Shown here one piece after another: positions 1-7,473 of a stretch of 37,694 nt of DNA. Origin of the DNA: Candidatus Woesearchaeota archaeon (GTDB taxonomy: Archaea > Nanobdellota > Nanobdellia > Woesearchaeales > 21-14-0-10-32-9); the NCBI GenBank assembly GCA_007131205.1, contig SLQZ01000062.1, positions 1 through 37,694 of the forward strand, written 5' to 3'. The notes beneath the pieces were generated by a model. That model had not been told where the DNA came from, did no database searches, and saw only the letters and a list, made by a program, of their open reading frames with translations. Both the position numbers and the translations under genes were made by a program. Within the stretch, counting starts at the first letter, position 1; the number at the start of each line of letters is the position of its first letter.

Positions 1-1
1 C

Positions 2-91
2 ATAAAATACTACAACGAAGAAAGACTGCACATGAGCCTCCAACACAGAACCCCTCAAGAAGCATGGAAAGAATGTAAACCACTTTCGTGA
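2..91 (+). mobile_element. 3' end of a DDE/integrase-core (IS3/IS481-like) transposase ORF, truncated by the window edge
   Basis: Frame 2 reads IKYYNEERLHMSLQHRTPQEAWKECKPLS*. The YN-x-x-R-x-H-x-x-L-x-x-x-TP-x-x-x-W tail is the conserved C-terminus of rve-domain transposases. It is open at the 5' edge, so it is absent from the ORF track. Confidence 0.6.
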
Positions 92-106
92 TGTAAACCA
101 CTTTCG
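74..106. repeat. Tandem direct repeat TGTAAACCACTTTCG x2 (74-88, 92-106) spanning the transposase stop codon; possible IS end
   Basis: Two identical 15-mers read directly from the sequence, separated only by the TGA stop. Confidence 0.8.
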
Positions 107-140
107 GGACAACAGATATTTCGGGCTAAGGAGTAAAGTA

Positions 141-147
141 TTTATAA
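141..147 (+). promoter_or_regulatory. TATA-like box (TTTATAA) upstream of the AAA+ ATPase gene; GGAGGA Shine-Dalgarno at 172-177
   Basis: TTTATAA lies about 43 nt upstream of ATG 187. GGAGGA lies 9 nt upstream of the ATG. Confidence 0.4.
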
Positions 148-186
148 GCAAATGTTTTCCTTTCTGTATTTGGAGGATGGATAACT

Positions 187-1143
187 ATGGACAATGATTT
201 TGCTTATGAAAAAGAAGTCGTGTCGAGAAACCTCGACGAGGTAGTAGGCCAGGAAGATGTTAAGAACCAGCTCAAATCAGCTATCCTGATGAGGCGCCAC
301 GTCATAATAGTAGGGCCTCCAGGGATTGGGAAGACAACCCTTGCCAGGAGCATAGCAAGGATACTCCCAAAAAGGAAAAAAATGGATGAGGAAACAGGGA
401 AGGAATTTGAGAAAGAGCCTGTTTTTGTAAGGGTTCAGGGAAGCCCTGACCTGACCGCTGAAGACTTAATAGGCGATATAGACCCTGTCAAGGCGTTGAA
501 GCACGGACCGCTTTCCAGGGAGGCTTTTACTCCGGGAAAATTGTTCAAGGCTGACGGCGGAATATTGTTTTTTGATGAAGTGAATAGGTGCAGTGAAAAG
601 CTGCAGAATTCATTGTTGCAAGCGTTGGAGGAGAGAAAGGCCACTATCGGAAGCTACGATGTTGACTTGGATGCTGACTTTATATTCATCGGGACTATGA
701 ATCCAGAGGAAGCAGCCACTGAGCCATTAAGCGATGTATTCCTGGACAGGTTTGACTTAATCTACATGAAGCCTCCTGCAACGATTGATGAAGAGCTTGA
801 AATAGTAGACTTGAAAGGAAGGAAACTAGTTGGCTTCCCAGAGGATTTACTAGTTAAGACAATATCTTTTATTAGGACGCTTAGAAATAGCAAGGACTTG
901 GAGAAGCATCCTTCTGTGAGGGCGAGCCTCGGAATTTATGAGAGGGCGCAGAGCAATGCTTACCTTGACAAAAGAAAAGAAGTGAATATTAATGATGTGC
1001 AGGAAGCAATGGTATCTGTTTTAAGCCATAGAATAAGGCTTAAGCCTTCCTTGAAGTATTTGAAGAGTGCGTCTGAGTACGTAGCTGAGCAATTCTCAGA
1101 GTTTGCTGAGGATGAAAGAATTACAAAGGGTGGTGGCCCGTAG
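187..1143 (+). CDS. AAA+ ATPase, ChlI/BchI-MoxR type
   Basis: Walker A GPPGIGKTTLA, Walker B ILFFDEVNR, and GTMNPEE...LDRFDL (ChlI-type sensor/arginine-finger region). Length 318 aa. Confidence 0.8.
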   Translation: MDNDFAYEKEVVSRNLDEVVGQEDVKNQLKSAILMRRHVIIVGPPGIGKTTLARSIARILPKRKKMDEETGKEFEKEPVFVRVQGSPDLTAEDLIGDIDPVKALKHGPLSREAFTPGKLFKADGGILFFDEVNRCSEKLQNSLLQALEERKATIGSYDVDLDADFIFIGTMNPEEAATEPLSDVFLDRFDLIYMKPPATIDEELEIVDLKGRKLVGFPEDLLVKTISFIRTLRNSKDLEKHPSVRASLGIYERAQSNAYLDKRKEVNINDVQEAMVSVLSHRIRLKPSLKYLKSASEYVAEQFSEFAEDERITKGGGP

Positions 1144-2371
1144 CAGGGAGCACAGCTTTACAAGTGAAGAAACAGAATTCTTAAAACAAGAAGACAGGAC
1201 TAGTGTTGAGAAAGGGAGCGCTGAGGAACTTCAAGGGAAGCTCGGCAAGGATAACAGGGAAGACAAATTAATGCACACCGTTATGGATGTGGACAAGGAC
1301 AAGGTTGAAAAGGCCTCTGTTTTAACCGATGCCATTAACAATAATATTTCTAGCTTTACACCTGACCTTACATTTGAGCAAATGGTAAACAATTACCGGA
1401 ACGCAAAGAAACTAATGGGAGAAACACTGATCCGTGAGCTAACAGGTTACGAGCCGGGATTCGTGGAAAAAAACATTCGTGTACCTGAATTTCAAAGGGA
1501 GCTAAAGGAAAGAATAAAGCAAAACACTGACAAGCTCAAAAAAGAAGGCTTGTTAGATCCTAAAGGATTTATCACAGAGCAAGCTTATGATTACGAAGCA
1601 TTATCTATGCTCTCTGAAGAACTGGATGAACTGGAAGGCAAGGGATTGCTTGGAAGAAAAGAGAGCAGGAAACGAAGCGAATACGGCGAAAAACAAGAGG
1701 TTAGGCCTTACAGGACAGGGGATAAATACAGGAATATAGCATGGAGGCAAACCGTAAATAAAAGCATAAGAAGAGGGCATGAAGAGCTAGTAAAAGAAGA
1801 CTTTGTTGTAAATGAAAAAATGTCTAAGGGAAAAATAAATGTTATTTACGCACTGGATAATTCTGGCAGCATGAAAGGAAACAAAATCAAAGTGGCAAAG
1901 AAATCTGGCATTGCCCTAGCTTACAAAGCCACGCAACACAACGACAAAGCAGGATTATTAGTGTTTAATTCAAAGATAGATAGAGCAATTATGCCTACGC
2001 ATGACTTTGAAATAATGCTCAGAGAAATAGCAAGGATAAAAACTACTGGTGAAACGGATATCGCGCTATGCATTGAAAAAGCGCTAGAATTATACCCAAG
2101 CAGCAAGGAAACCAATCACTTAATACTACTAACAGATGCATTGCAAACACTTGGAAAGAAGCCTGAACAAAAAGTGCTTGAAATGACATCGAGAGCAGCA
2201 AACGCAAAGATAAGCATATCAATCATCGGGATTAACATGGACAGGAAAGGCGAAGAGCTCGCCAGGAAAATAGCAGATATAAGCAAAGGCACCTTATACA
2301 AGGTAAGAAACCTTGAAGAAATAGACAGCATAATCCTGGAAGACTACTACCAAACAAAAACACACCTCTAA
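1112..2371 (+). CDS. von Willebrand factor A (vWA) domain protein, ChlD C-terminal-like, with a charged N-terminal region
   Basis: MIDAS motif DNSGSM, then ...TTGETD... and LILLTDA in the C-terminal ~190 aa. It overlaps the upstream ATPase gene. The start is uncertain: TTG 1103, ATG 1112 or GTG 1130/1133. Confidence 0.75.
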   Translation: MKELQRVVARSREHSFTSEETEFLKQEDRTSVEKGSAEELQGKLGKDNREDKLMHTVMDVDKDKVEKASVLTDAINNNISSFTPDLTFEQMVNNYRNAKKLMGETLIRELTGYEPGFVEKNIRVPEFQRELKERIKQNTDKLKKEGLLDPKGFITEQAYDYEALSMLSEELDELEGKGLLGRKESRKRSEYGEKQEVRPYRTGDKYRNIAWRQTVNKSIRRGHEELVKEDFVVNEKMSKGKINVIYALDNSGSMKGNKIKVAKKSGIALAYKATQHNDKAGLLVFNSKIDRAIMPTHDFEIMLREIARIKTTGETDIALCIEKALELYPSSKETNHLILLTDALQTLGKKPEQKVLEMTSRAANAKISISIIGINMDRKGEELARKIADISKGTLYKVRNLEEIDSIILEDYYQTKTHL

Positions 2372-2436
2372 AAACAGAAAACTATATAAATAAAAACCAC
2401 GAGTTTCAGAATATTACAATTAAAAGAGGTGCTAAC

Positions 2437-2937
2437 TTGAACAAGAGAGCAGGATTAAGCCTAGGAATAAACACAATAATAGTTCTAGTAATCGCAATGG
2501 TAGTAATCGCAGCCGGAATAAGCTTTATCAGGACATTCTTCACAGCCGGCGAAGACAGGCTGCTAGGAGCATTCGACATAGGAGACTTCAGAAACCAGCC
2601 TGACAGGAACAACCCCTTGATATTAGAACATGGAACTATAAGAGGAAGAGCAGGCGATGACGCAGTGGTAAGAATAGGATTCTATAACAGGGATCATGAC
2701 ACTGCGTTAAATACCAACATATCTCTAGGTGGCTGTATAGGCTCGGTGACCCCGCAGGGAGACTGGAAATTATTAGCATCCCCACAAAATGTTTCAGGCT
2801 TAAGCTCTACTGGTTTCGGAACAATACTACAAATTCCAAGTGGAGCAGAGGGAAGATATGTGTGCTCATTAAGTGCTGTTAATCAAACCAGGCACACACT
2901 AGAAAGTACACAAGTAGAAGTACAGGTGACCACATAA
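2437..2937 (+). CDS. Putative archaeal type IV pilin-like protein (class III signal peptide)
   Basis: N-terminus MNKRAG/LSLGINTIIVLVIAMVVIAAG: a short basic stretch, Gly, then a ~22-aa hydrophobic helix. TTG start preceded by AAGAGGTG. The remainder is a Thr/Ser/Gly-rich, probably beta-rich extracellular domain. Confidence 0.5.
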   Translation: MNKRAGLSLGINTIIVLVIAMVVIAAGISFIRTFFTAGEDRLLGAFDIGDFRNQPDRNNPLILEHGTIRGRAGDDAVVRIGFYNRDHDTALNTNISLGGCIGSVTPQGDWKLLASPQNVSGLSSTGFGTILQIPSGAEGRYVCSLSAVNQTRHTLESTQVEVQVTT

Positions 2938-3176
2938 TGATAAAAAGAAAAGGAAGCAAGATGCATCTTAGCAAGGAAGAAGAATTTGAAATCCTAAAAA
3001 TGGTCCTGGACAAATTCTTGTGGATAGGAACCATAAGCCTGATGTTCGGAGTGTACCTATTATTAACCCCGCACAACGACGTCGGACTTGGATTGTTGGT
3101 TACGCTTATAGGCGCAACAATGCTGCTGATGTTTACATCAATAATAACAAAGCAGTTCAACTACAAGAAAGAATAG
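2937..3176 (+). CDS. Small membrane protein (2 predicted TM helices), unknown function
   Basis: 79-aa ORF. ATG overlaps the upstream TAA. Two hydrophobic segments: FLWIGTISLMFGVYLLL and LGLLVTLIGATMLLMFTSII. Confidence 0.45.
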   Translation: MIKRKGSKMHLSKEEEFEILKMVLDKFLWIGTISLMFGVYLLLTPHNDVGLGLLVTLIGATMLLMFTSIITKQFNYKKE

Positions 3177-3182
3177 CTTCTA

Positions 3183-3734
3183 GTGACTAAGATGCTTGGA
3201 AAGAAAGGAATGGAGATTTCTATAAACGTAATAGTAATGATAGTCTTAGGCATAGTTATGTTCGGCGCATCAATGGCAATATTCACAAACATATTCCAAA
3301 ACGTAGTCCAAGTAGGAGAAGTCATGGACGAAAGTATTACTAACGACATTATTAGGAGATTCCCAAGCAGCGAACTAGTATTCCTCCCAGAAGATAATAA
3401 GGCTCCTAGAACAAGGTTTTTTGGCACTGATAAAGACGTGGTTTTCTACATCGGGATACGTAACGACCAAGATACAAGGCAAAATTTTAAGATAATCATA
3501 AGTCCAACTCAAACAAGTGCTGAGTTAGGAATGGAAGATGAACACATAATTTTTGATCCTGGTCCATACGAGATAGGCGCCAAGGAAGAAAAGGTTTTCT
3601 TGTTCATAGTAAGCGTTGAAGGCCTTCCAAGCGGCAGTCAGTACGGCGTGGTTGTAGGTGTAGAAAGAGAAGACCTGGTTGAAGGCGGGGTGCCACATGG
3701 CCAGCCAAGGATTGCATACGTAAATTTACGATAA
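3183..3734 (+). CDS. Putative archaeal type IV pilin-like protein (class III signal peptide), paralog-like N-terminus to 2437..2937
   Basis: N-terminus (MTK)MLGKKG/MEISINVIVMIVLGIVMFGASMAIF. It shares the G-x-x-S-x-IN-x-I-V pattern with the first pilin-like ORF. ATG 3192 is an alternative start. Confidence 0.5.
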   Translation: MTKMLGKKGMEISINVIVMIVLGIVMFGASMAIFTNIFQNVVQVGEVMDESITNDIIRRFPSSELVFLPEDNKAPRTRFFGTDKDVVFYIGIRNDQDTRQNFKIIISPTQTSAELGMEDEHIIFDPGPYEIGAKEEKVFLFIVSVEGLPSGSQYGVVVGVEREDLVEGGVPHGQPRIAYVNLR

Positions 3735-4415
3735 GCCTTCCAGGAGAGACAGGATTTCTTTATAAGGATTCTTTGCCTTAACAATGCCTGAAGCAACCAA
3801 GACTCCTTTAGCCCCTAGATTTACTGCGTCTTCAACGTCTTTCTTCTTATTTATGCCTGCGCCGCAAAGCACAGGAATCCGGGATACTCGAAAGACACTC
3901 TTCACACTCTTCGAGATGATTTCAGGGTTTGCCTCGCTTACAGAGATTTTGCCGCCGATAAGCTCAGGAGGCTCAACAGCAATCATGTGAGGTTGATAAG
4001 AAGCGATTTTTGCTGCACGAGTATTATTTGTTGCACAGCAAACAGTTATCAACCCCAACGCCTTACACCTCCTAATTGTCTCAGATAAAACATTATCTGA
4101 AAGCCTCTTCTCGGAATGGTTCAGAAGCGTTCCTATTGCACCGGCTTGCTTTATTGCTTCAGGAGTAATAGTTCCTGTGTGCGCACCCTGTGGTTCATGG
4201 TCAACATGCTGGGCTAGGACGGGTATGCTGACTTTGCCGGAAACCAGGCAAAGGTCTGTTGGTTGAACTGCTACCATGACTTGCTTACCGGTTTTCTTCG
4301 ACGCTTTTTGTGCAAGCAACGCAAGCTTTAATGCGTTCTTCCCAGTGCTTTCCTTGTACGTCTTGAAATTGATTACCAGAACAGGCTTTTTCAAGGGGTT
4401 ATAGCTCATAAGCAA
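3726..4415 (-). CDS. tpiA: Triosephosphate isomerase (archaeal short type)
   Basis: VINFKTY, LLNHSEKR, AVEPPELIGG, GAGI motifs. ~229 aa, typical of archaeal TIM. Confidence 0.85.
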   Translation of the reverse strand: MLMSYNPLKKPVLVINFKTYKESTGKNALKLALLAQKASKKTGKQVMVAVQPTDLCLVSGKVSIPVLAQHVDHEPQGAHTGTITPEAIKQAGAIGTLLNHSEKRLSDNVLSETIRRCKALGLITVCCATNNTRAAKIASYQPHMIAVEPPELIGGKISVSEANPEIISKSVKSVFRVSRIPVLCGAGINKKKDVEDAVNLGAKGVLVASGIVKAKNPYKEILSLLEGLS

Positions 4416-4449
4416 TATGCCGAGTTCAGGGTTTTAAATATTTTTGTAT

Positions 4450-5217
4450 TTATTTCTTGGCTTTGAGCTTGTAGATAAAGTAAACAGCTATTACGGTAAA
4501 TGCAAGTGAGAGGTATTGGCCAGTGCTAATTCCTAATAGTATTGCTTCACCTGCAGGGTCTCTTAGGAAGTCAAGGAAGAACCTCGTAGAGTTATACAGC
4601 AATACGAAGTACCAGAATAAGAGGCCTTCTTTTAACTTCCATGTCTTGCTTACAAAATATAGTGCTCCTGTGAGGAAGAAGTCTTTTGCAGCAGCATATA
4701 ATTGGTAGGGATGCCTGCAACCGTCGAATCCTGGGAAGACAACGCACCAAGGAGCATCACTCCTCGTACCAGGGAGCTCACCGTTGATAAAATTCGCTAT
4801 CCTTCCCAGAGCCAAAAAGAAAAAAGCAGGGAGCGCCATCAAGTCTGCTAATGAATAAAACCTTATCTTGTACTTCCTGGAAAAAAGAAGTATTGCTATT
4901 ATTGCTCCGATTAGGCCTCCGTGGAAAGACATGCCTCCGTGCCACACCATGAATAATTCCAAGGGATTTGAGAGGAGAACTCCCGGGGAATAAAAGATAA
5001 ACGTAAAGATTCTCGCTCCTAATATTACGCCTGCTAGCAGGTAAAGCATGAATACTTCAAGCTTGTCCTTGTCCATGCCCTTAATCATGCCTTTCTTTAC
5101 CCTGCTGGACATATAGAAATATATGAATAAGAAGCCGAGGAAGTACACTAGGCCATAATACCTTACTTGCAGGAATCCTAAGTCCAGCAAAACCGGGTTA
5201 ATGTTATGTATAAACAA
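4450..5217 (-). CDS. lgt: Prolipoprotein diacylglyceryl transferase (bacterial-type Lgt)
   Basis: VRYYGLVYFLGF, WHGGMSFHGGLIG, GRIANFINGELPG, HPYQLY and FLRDP motifs matching Lgt. Polytopic membrane protein. Confidence 0.8.
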   Translation of the reverse strand: MFIHNINPVLLDLGFLQVRYYGLVYFLGFLFIYFYMSSRVKKGMIKGMDKDKLEVFMLYLLAGVILGARIFTFIFYSPGVLLSNPLELFMVWHGGMSFHGGLIGAIIAILLFSRKYKIRFYSLADLMALPAFFFLALGRIANFINGELPGTRSDAPWCVVFPGFDGCRHPYQLYAAAKDFFLTGALYFVSKTWKLKEGLLFWYFVLLYNSTRFFLDFLRDPAGEAILLGISTGQYLSLAFTVIAVYFIYKLKAKK

Positions 5218-5234
5218 TTTTTTATTCCTCTTTT

Positions 5235-5546
5235 TTATAGCTGGAATGTATCAATAATTTTTTGCTTGAACTGGTCTTTTTGCAATGCCCCAACGATTCT
5301 TCCAAGCTCTTCTCCATCTTTATACATTATGAGGGTGGGAATGCCTCTTACTCCTGCTGTCGCAGCGACATCTCCGTGCTCGTCTACGTTAAGCTTCGCA
5401 AATTTTACATCTTTCATTTCGTTGCTTAGCTCTTCGAAGACTGGAGCGATCATCTTACATGGAGCGCACCATTCAGCCCAGAAGTCCACGATAACATTTC
5501 CTTCAGATATTGCTTCCTTGAAATTCTCTGTTGTTAATTCCTGCAT
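5235..5546 (-). CDS. trxA: Thioredoxin
   Basis: WAEWCAPCKM active site (WCxPC), GIPTL motif, 103 aa. Confidence 0.9.
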   Translation of the reverse strand: MQELTTENFKEAISEGNVIVDFWAEWCAPCKMIAPVFEELSNEMKDVKFAKLNVDEHGDVAATAGVRGIPTLIMYKDGEELGRIVGALQKDQFKQKIIDTFQL

Positions 5547-5585
5547 TTTGATACCACCCAGAAGAACCGGAGAAATAAGTTCTTT

Positions 5586-5780
5586 TTATAAGTTATCCTT
5601 TTTAGCCCTGCTTAATACCTTTGGGTTATCTGTTACTACCTGTTTTACTCCGCCTTGCTTGTTTACGTCTGAGAACCTGAACAATAGGGAGCAATGCTCG
5701 CAATGATACCTGTACTTGTAGTTGCCCTTAACATCCCCTTTGCATATCGGGCATCCTGAGGCAATGATTTTTATGTACAT
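5586..5780 (-). CDS. Small zinc-ribbon protein, unknown function
   Basis: Start set at internal ATG 5780 (MYIKIIASG...). CPIC...(x13)...CEHC four-Cys ribbon. The longer 119-aa ORF would overlap the S19e gene. Confidence 0.4.
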   Translation of the reverse strand: MYIKIIASGCPICKGDVKGNYKYRYHCEHCSLLFRFSDVNKQGGVKQVVTDNPKVLSRAKKDNL

Positions 5781-5927
5781 GAGCTTATCGCAATGGTTTC
5801 TTGTTTTTATTGTTTGCTGAAAAAAAACGTGGAGAACCATAAGCTTTTTAAACACCTTGTTATTTCTCGGAGCTGGTTTAGAGGTTCTAGCACAGACCAT
5901 AAAATTAAAGAAATAGGTGCTTATCAA

Positions 5928-6353
5928 ATGAAGGATGCAGAACATGGATTAATTGTGGAAAAGCTTGCGGAAAAGCTTAAGGAAACTGTTAAGGCCCCTG
6001 AGTGGGCAGGATTTGTAAAAACGGGGCATGGAAAGCAAAGGCCTCCAGCAAGAAGTGACTGGTGGAATATCAGGTCTGCGGCGGTGCTTTTGAGTGTCCA
6101 GAAACTAGGCCCTGTTGGGGTTTCCAAGCTAAGCGTTAAGTACGGGACGAAAAAAAACAGGGGTGTTAAGCCGGAAATGGCAACTCCTGGCTCAAGGAAT
6201 GTTTTAAGGAAGATATTGCAGCAATTGGAGCAGGGACGGCTTATCAAGCAAGCAGAGAAAGGCGTTCACAAGGGACGAATTGTAACGAATGAAGGCAATA
6301 GGCTCATAATTGAGGCTTCTAAGGAAGCAAAAAAAGGCGTTGGTGATAAATAA
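5928..6353 (+). CDS. rps19e: Ribosomal protein S19e (eS19)
   Basis: PEWAGFVKTGHGKQRPP..DWWNIRSAAVLL..LGPVGVSKL..YG motifs. ATG 5928 is preceded by AGGTG. Confidence 0.85.
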   Translation: MKDAEHGLIVEKLAEKLKETVKAPEWAGFVKTGHGKQRPPARSDWWNIRSAAVLLSVQKLGPVGVSKLSVKYGTKKNRGVKPEMATPGSRNVLRKILQQLEQGRLIKQAEKGVHKGRIVTNEGNRLIIEASKEAKKGVGDK

Positions 6354-6355
6354 AA

Positions 6356-6529
6356 ATGTCAAGGTTCATAAACATAGCTAAAAAGCTAAGGCTTATAAAG
6401 AAGTCAAGGCAGGACAGGTGGGCTCCGTTCTGGACGGTTCCTAAGATATACGGTACGGGCAGGCGTATACACCCTGGAAGGCATACAACCGTAAAAAGAA
6501 ATTGGAGAAGGAATAAGACCAAGGTGTAA
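6356..6529 (+). CDS. rpl39e: Ribosomal protein L39e (eL39)
   Basis: Hand translation gives MSRFINIAKKLRLIKKSRQDRWAPFWTVPKIYGTGRRIHPGRHTTVKRNWRRNKTKV*. 57 aa, below the ORF-track cutoff. It sits in the canonical position before L31e. Confidence 0.8.
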   Translation: MSRFINIAKKLRLIKKSRQDRWAPFWTVPKIYGTGRRIHPGRHTTVKRNWRRNKTKV

Positions 6530-6531
6530 TT

Positions 6532-6984
6532 ATGAGCGAAGAAAGAACTTATACTATCCCATTAAGAAGAGACTTTGTGAAAGTGCCTAGGTATTATAGG
6601 GCTAAGAGAGCTGTTAATTATGTGAAGGGCTATATCTCTAGGCATATGAAAGTTGAAGATGTGAAGATAGGCGGGATGCTTAACAATGAATTGTGGAGCG
6701 ACGGCATAAAGAACCCTCCTGGGAAAGTCACGGTTAAGGCAGTTAAAGATGGGAATACGGCGAAAGTTGAGCTTGAAGGGCATGCTTACAAGGTTGAAAA
6801 AGTGCAGACTGAGAAAACGGAGAAGCCTACTTCTTTGAAGGATAAGCTGGCAGCAAAGATGGGAGCAGACACACAGGAAAAGAAAGAAGAGCAGCCAGAA
6901 GAAAAAGGGAAACCGGAAGAAAAGCCTGAGGATAAGGAAAAGCTTCCTCCTGAGAAAAAAGCCAGCCCTGCCAAGAAAGAATAA
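6532..6984 (+). CDS. rpl31e: Ribosomal protein L31e (eL31) with K/E/P-rich C-terminal tail
   Basis: YTIPLRR...PRYYRAKRAVNYVKGYISRHMK...IGGMLNNELWSDGIKNPPGKV, followed by a ~65-aa low-complexity tail. Confidence 0.85.
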   Translation: MSEERTYTIPLRRDFVKVPRYYRAKRAVNYVKGYISRHMKVEDVKIGGMLNNELWSDGIKNPPGKVTVKAVKDGNTAKVELEGHAYKVEKVQTEKTEKPTSLKDKLAAKMGADTQEKKEEQPEEKGKPEEKPEDKEKLPPEKKASPAKKE

Positions 6985-6988
6985 AGCT

Positions 6989-7300
6989 TTACATCTGGGA
7001 TTCTAATTTTTTGAGGGCGCTGTCCAGTGCCACGAACAAGTTTCTTTCCCCTGATTCGGATGACTTGGTCTTGCCCTCGTAAACCAGCTTTGCGTGCAAC
7101 TCATATTTTTCTGAAGACTCAGTCTTATGAACTTGCTTCAAGTGTACTTGAAGGGTTTCGTAGCCTTTGATGCTGTCAGAGAATTTCCTGGCGTAGCTGC
7201 CCACAATTTTTTTTACAACGACCATCTCTCCCGGGCTTATCTCTTTGAAGCCTGAAAGCTGAATGTTCCCACCTAAGTCTTGCTTGTCATCTAGCTCCAT
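6989..7300 (-). CDS. HPF/YfiA (S30AE, sigma-54 modulation protein)-like putative ribosome hibernation factor
   Basis: By eye it aligns with YfiA: NIQLSGF.EISPG...(helix)...LQVHLK...YELHAKLVYEG...GERNLFVALDSALKKLESQ versus ...DMYTAINELINKLERQL. ATG 7300 is preceded by GGTG. Confidence 0.5.
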   Translation of the reverse strand: MELDDKQDLGGNIQLSGFKEISPGEMVVVKKIVGSYARKFSDSIKGYETLQVHLKQVHKTESSEKYELHAKLVYEGKTKSSESGERNLFVALDSALKKLESQM

Positions 7301-7473
7301 TAAAACACCGCTTAAAAACGCATATATTTCATATAAATACATTATCCAGGTTTAAATATTTTATGGGTTAGGCAAAGCAAGATTTATAAATGAACAGGTT
7401 CTCCTGGGGAGTGGTTGATGTGGCGGGTTGCTTCGCTGAAAACCTAGAATAACAATAATGGAGGCAAAGAAAA

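Noticed and set aside
1103-1143. A 30-40 nt overlap between the AAA+ ATPase and vWA ORFs as a possible programmed frameshift or fused ChlD-like gene
   Set aside because: No slippery heptamer is evident. In-frame ATG/GTG starts (1112, 1130, 1133) with an upstream AAGG-like SD give a simpler explanation: short overlap and translational coupling.
6319-6522. 67-aa minus-strand track ORF
   Set aside because: It is antisense to the clearly recognisable L39e gene (6356..6529, +), which falls below the track's size cutoff.
6786-6974. GA-rich, quasi-repetitive nucleotide stretch (gaagaaaag…) as a possible tandem repeat or array
   Set aside because: It is the coding sequence of the K/E/P-rich tail of L31e. 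It has no regular unit length and no spacer structure.
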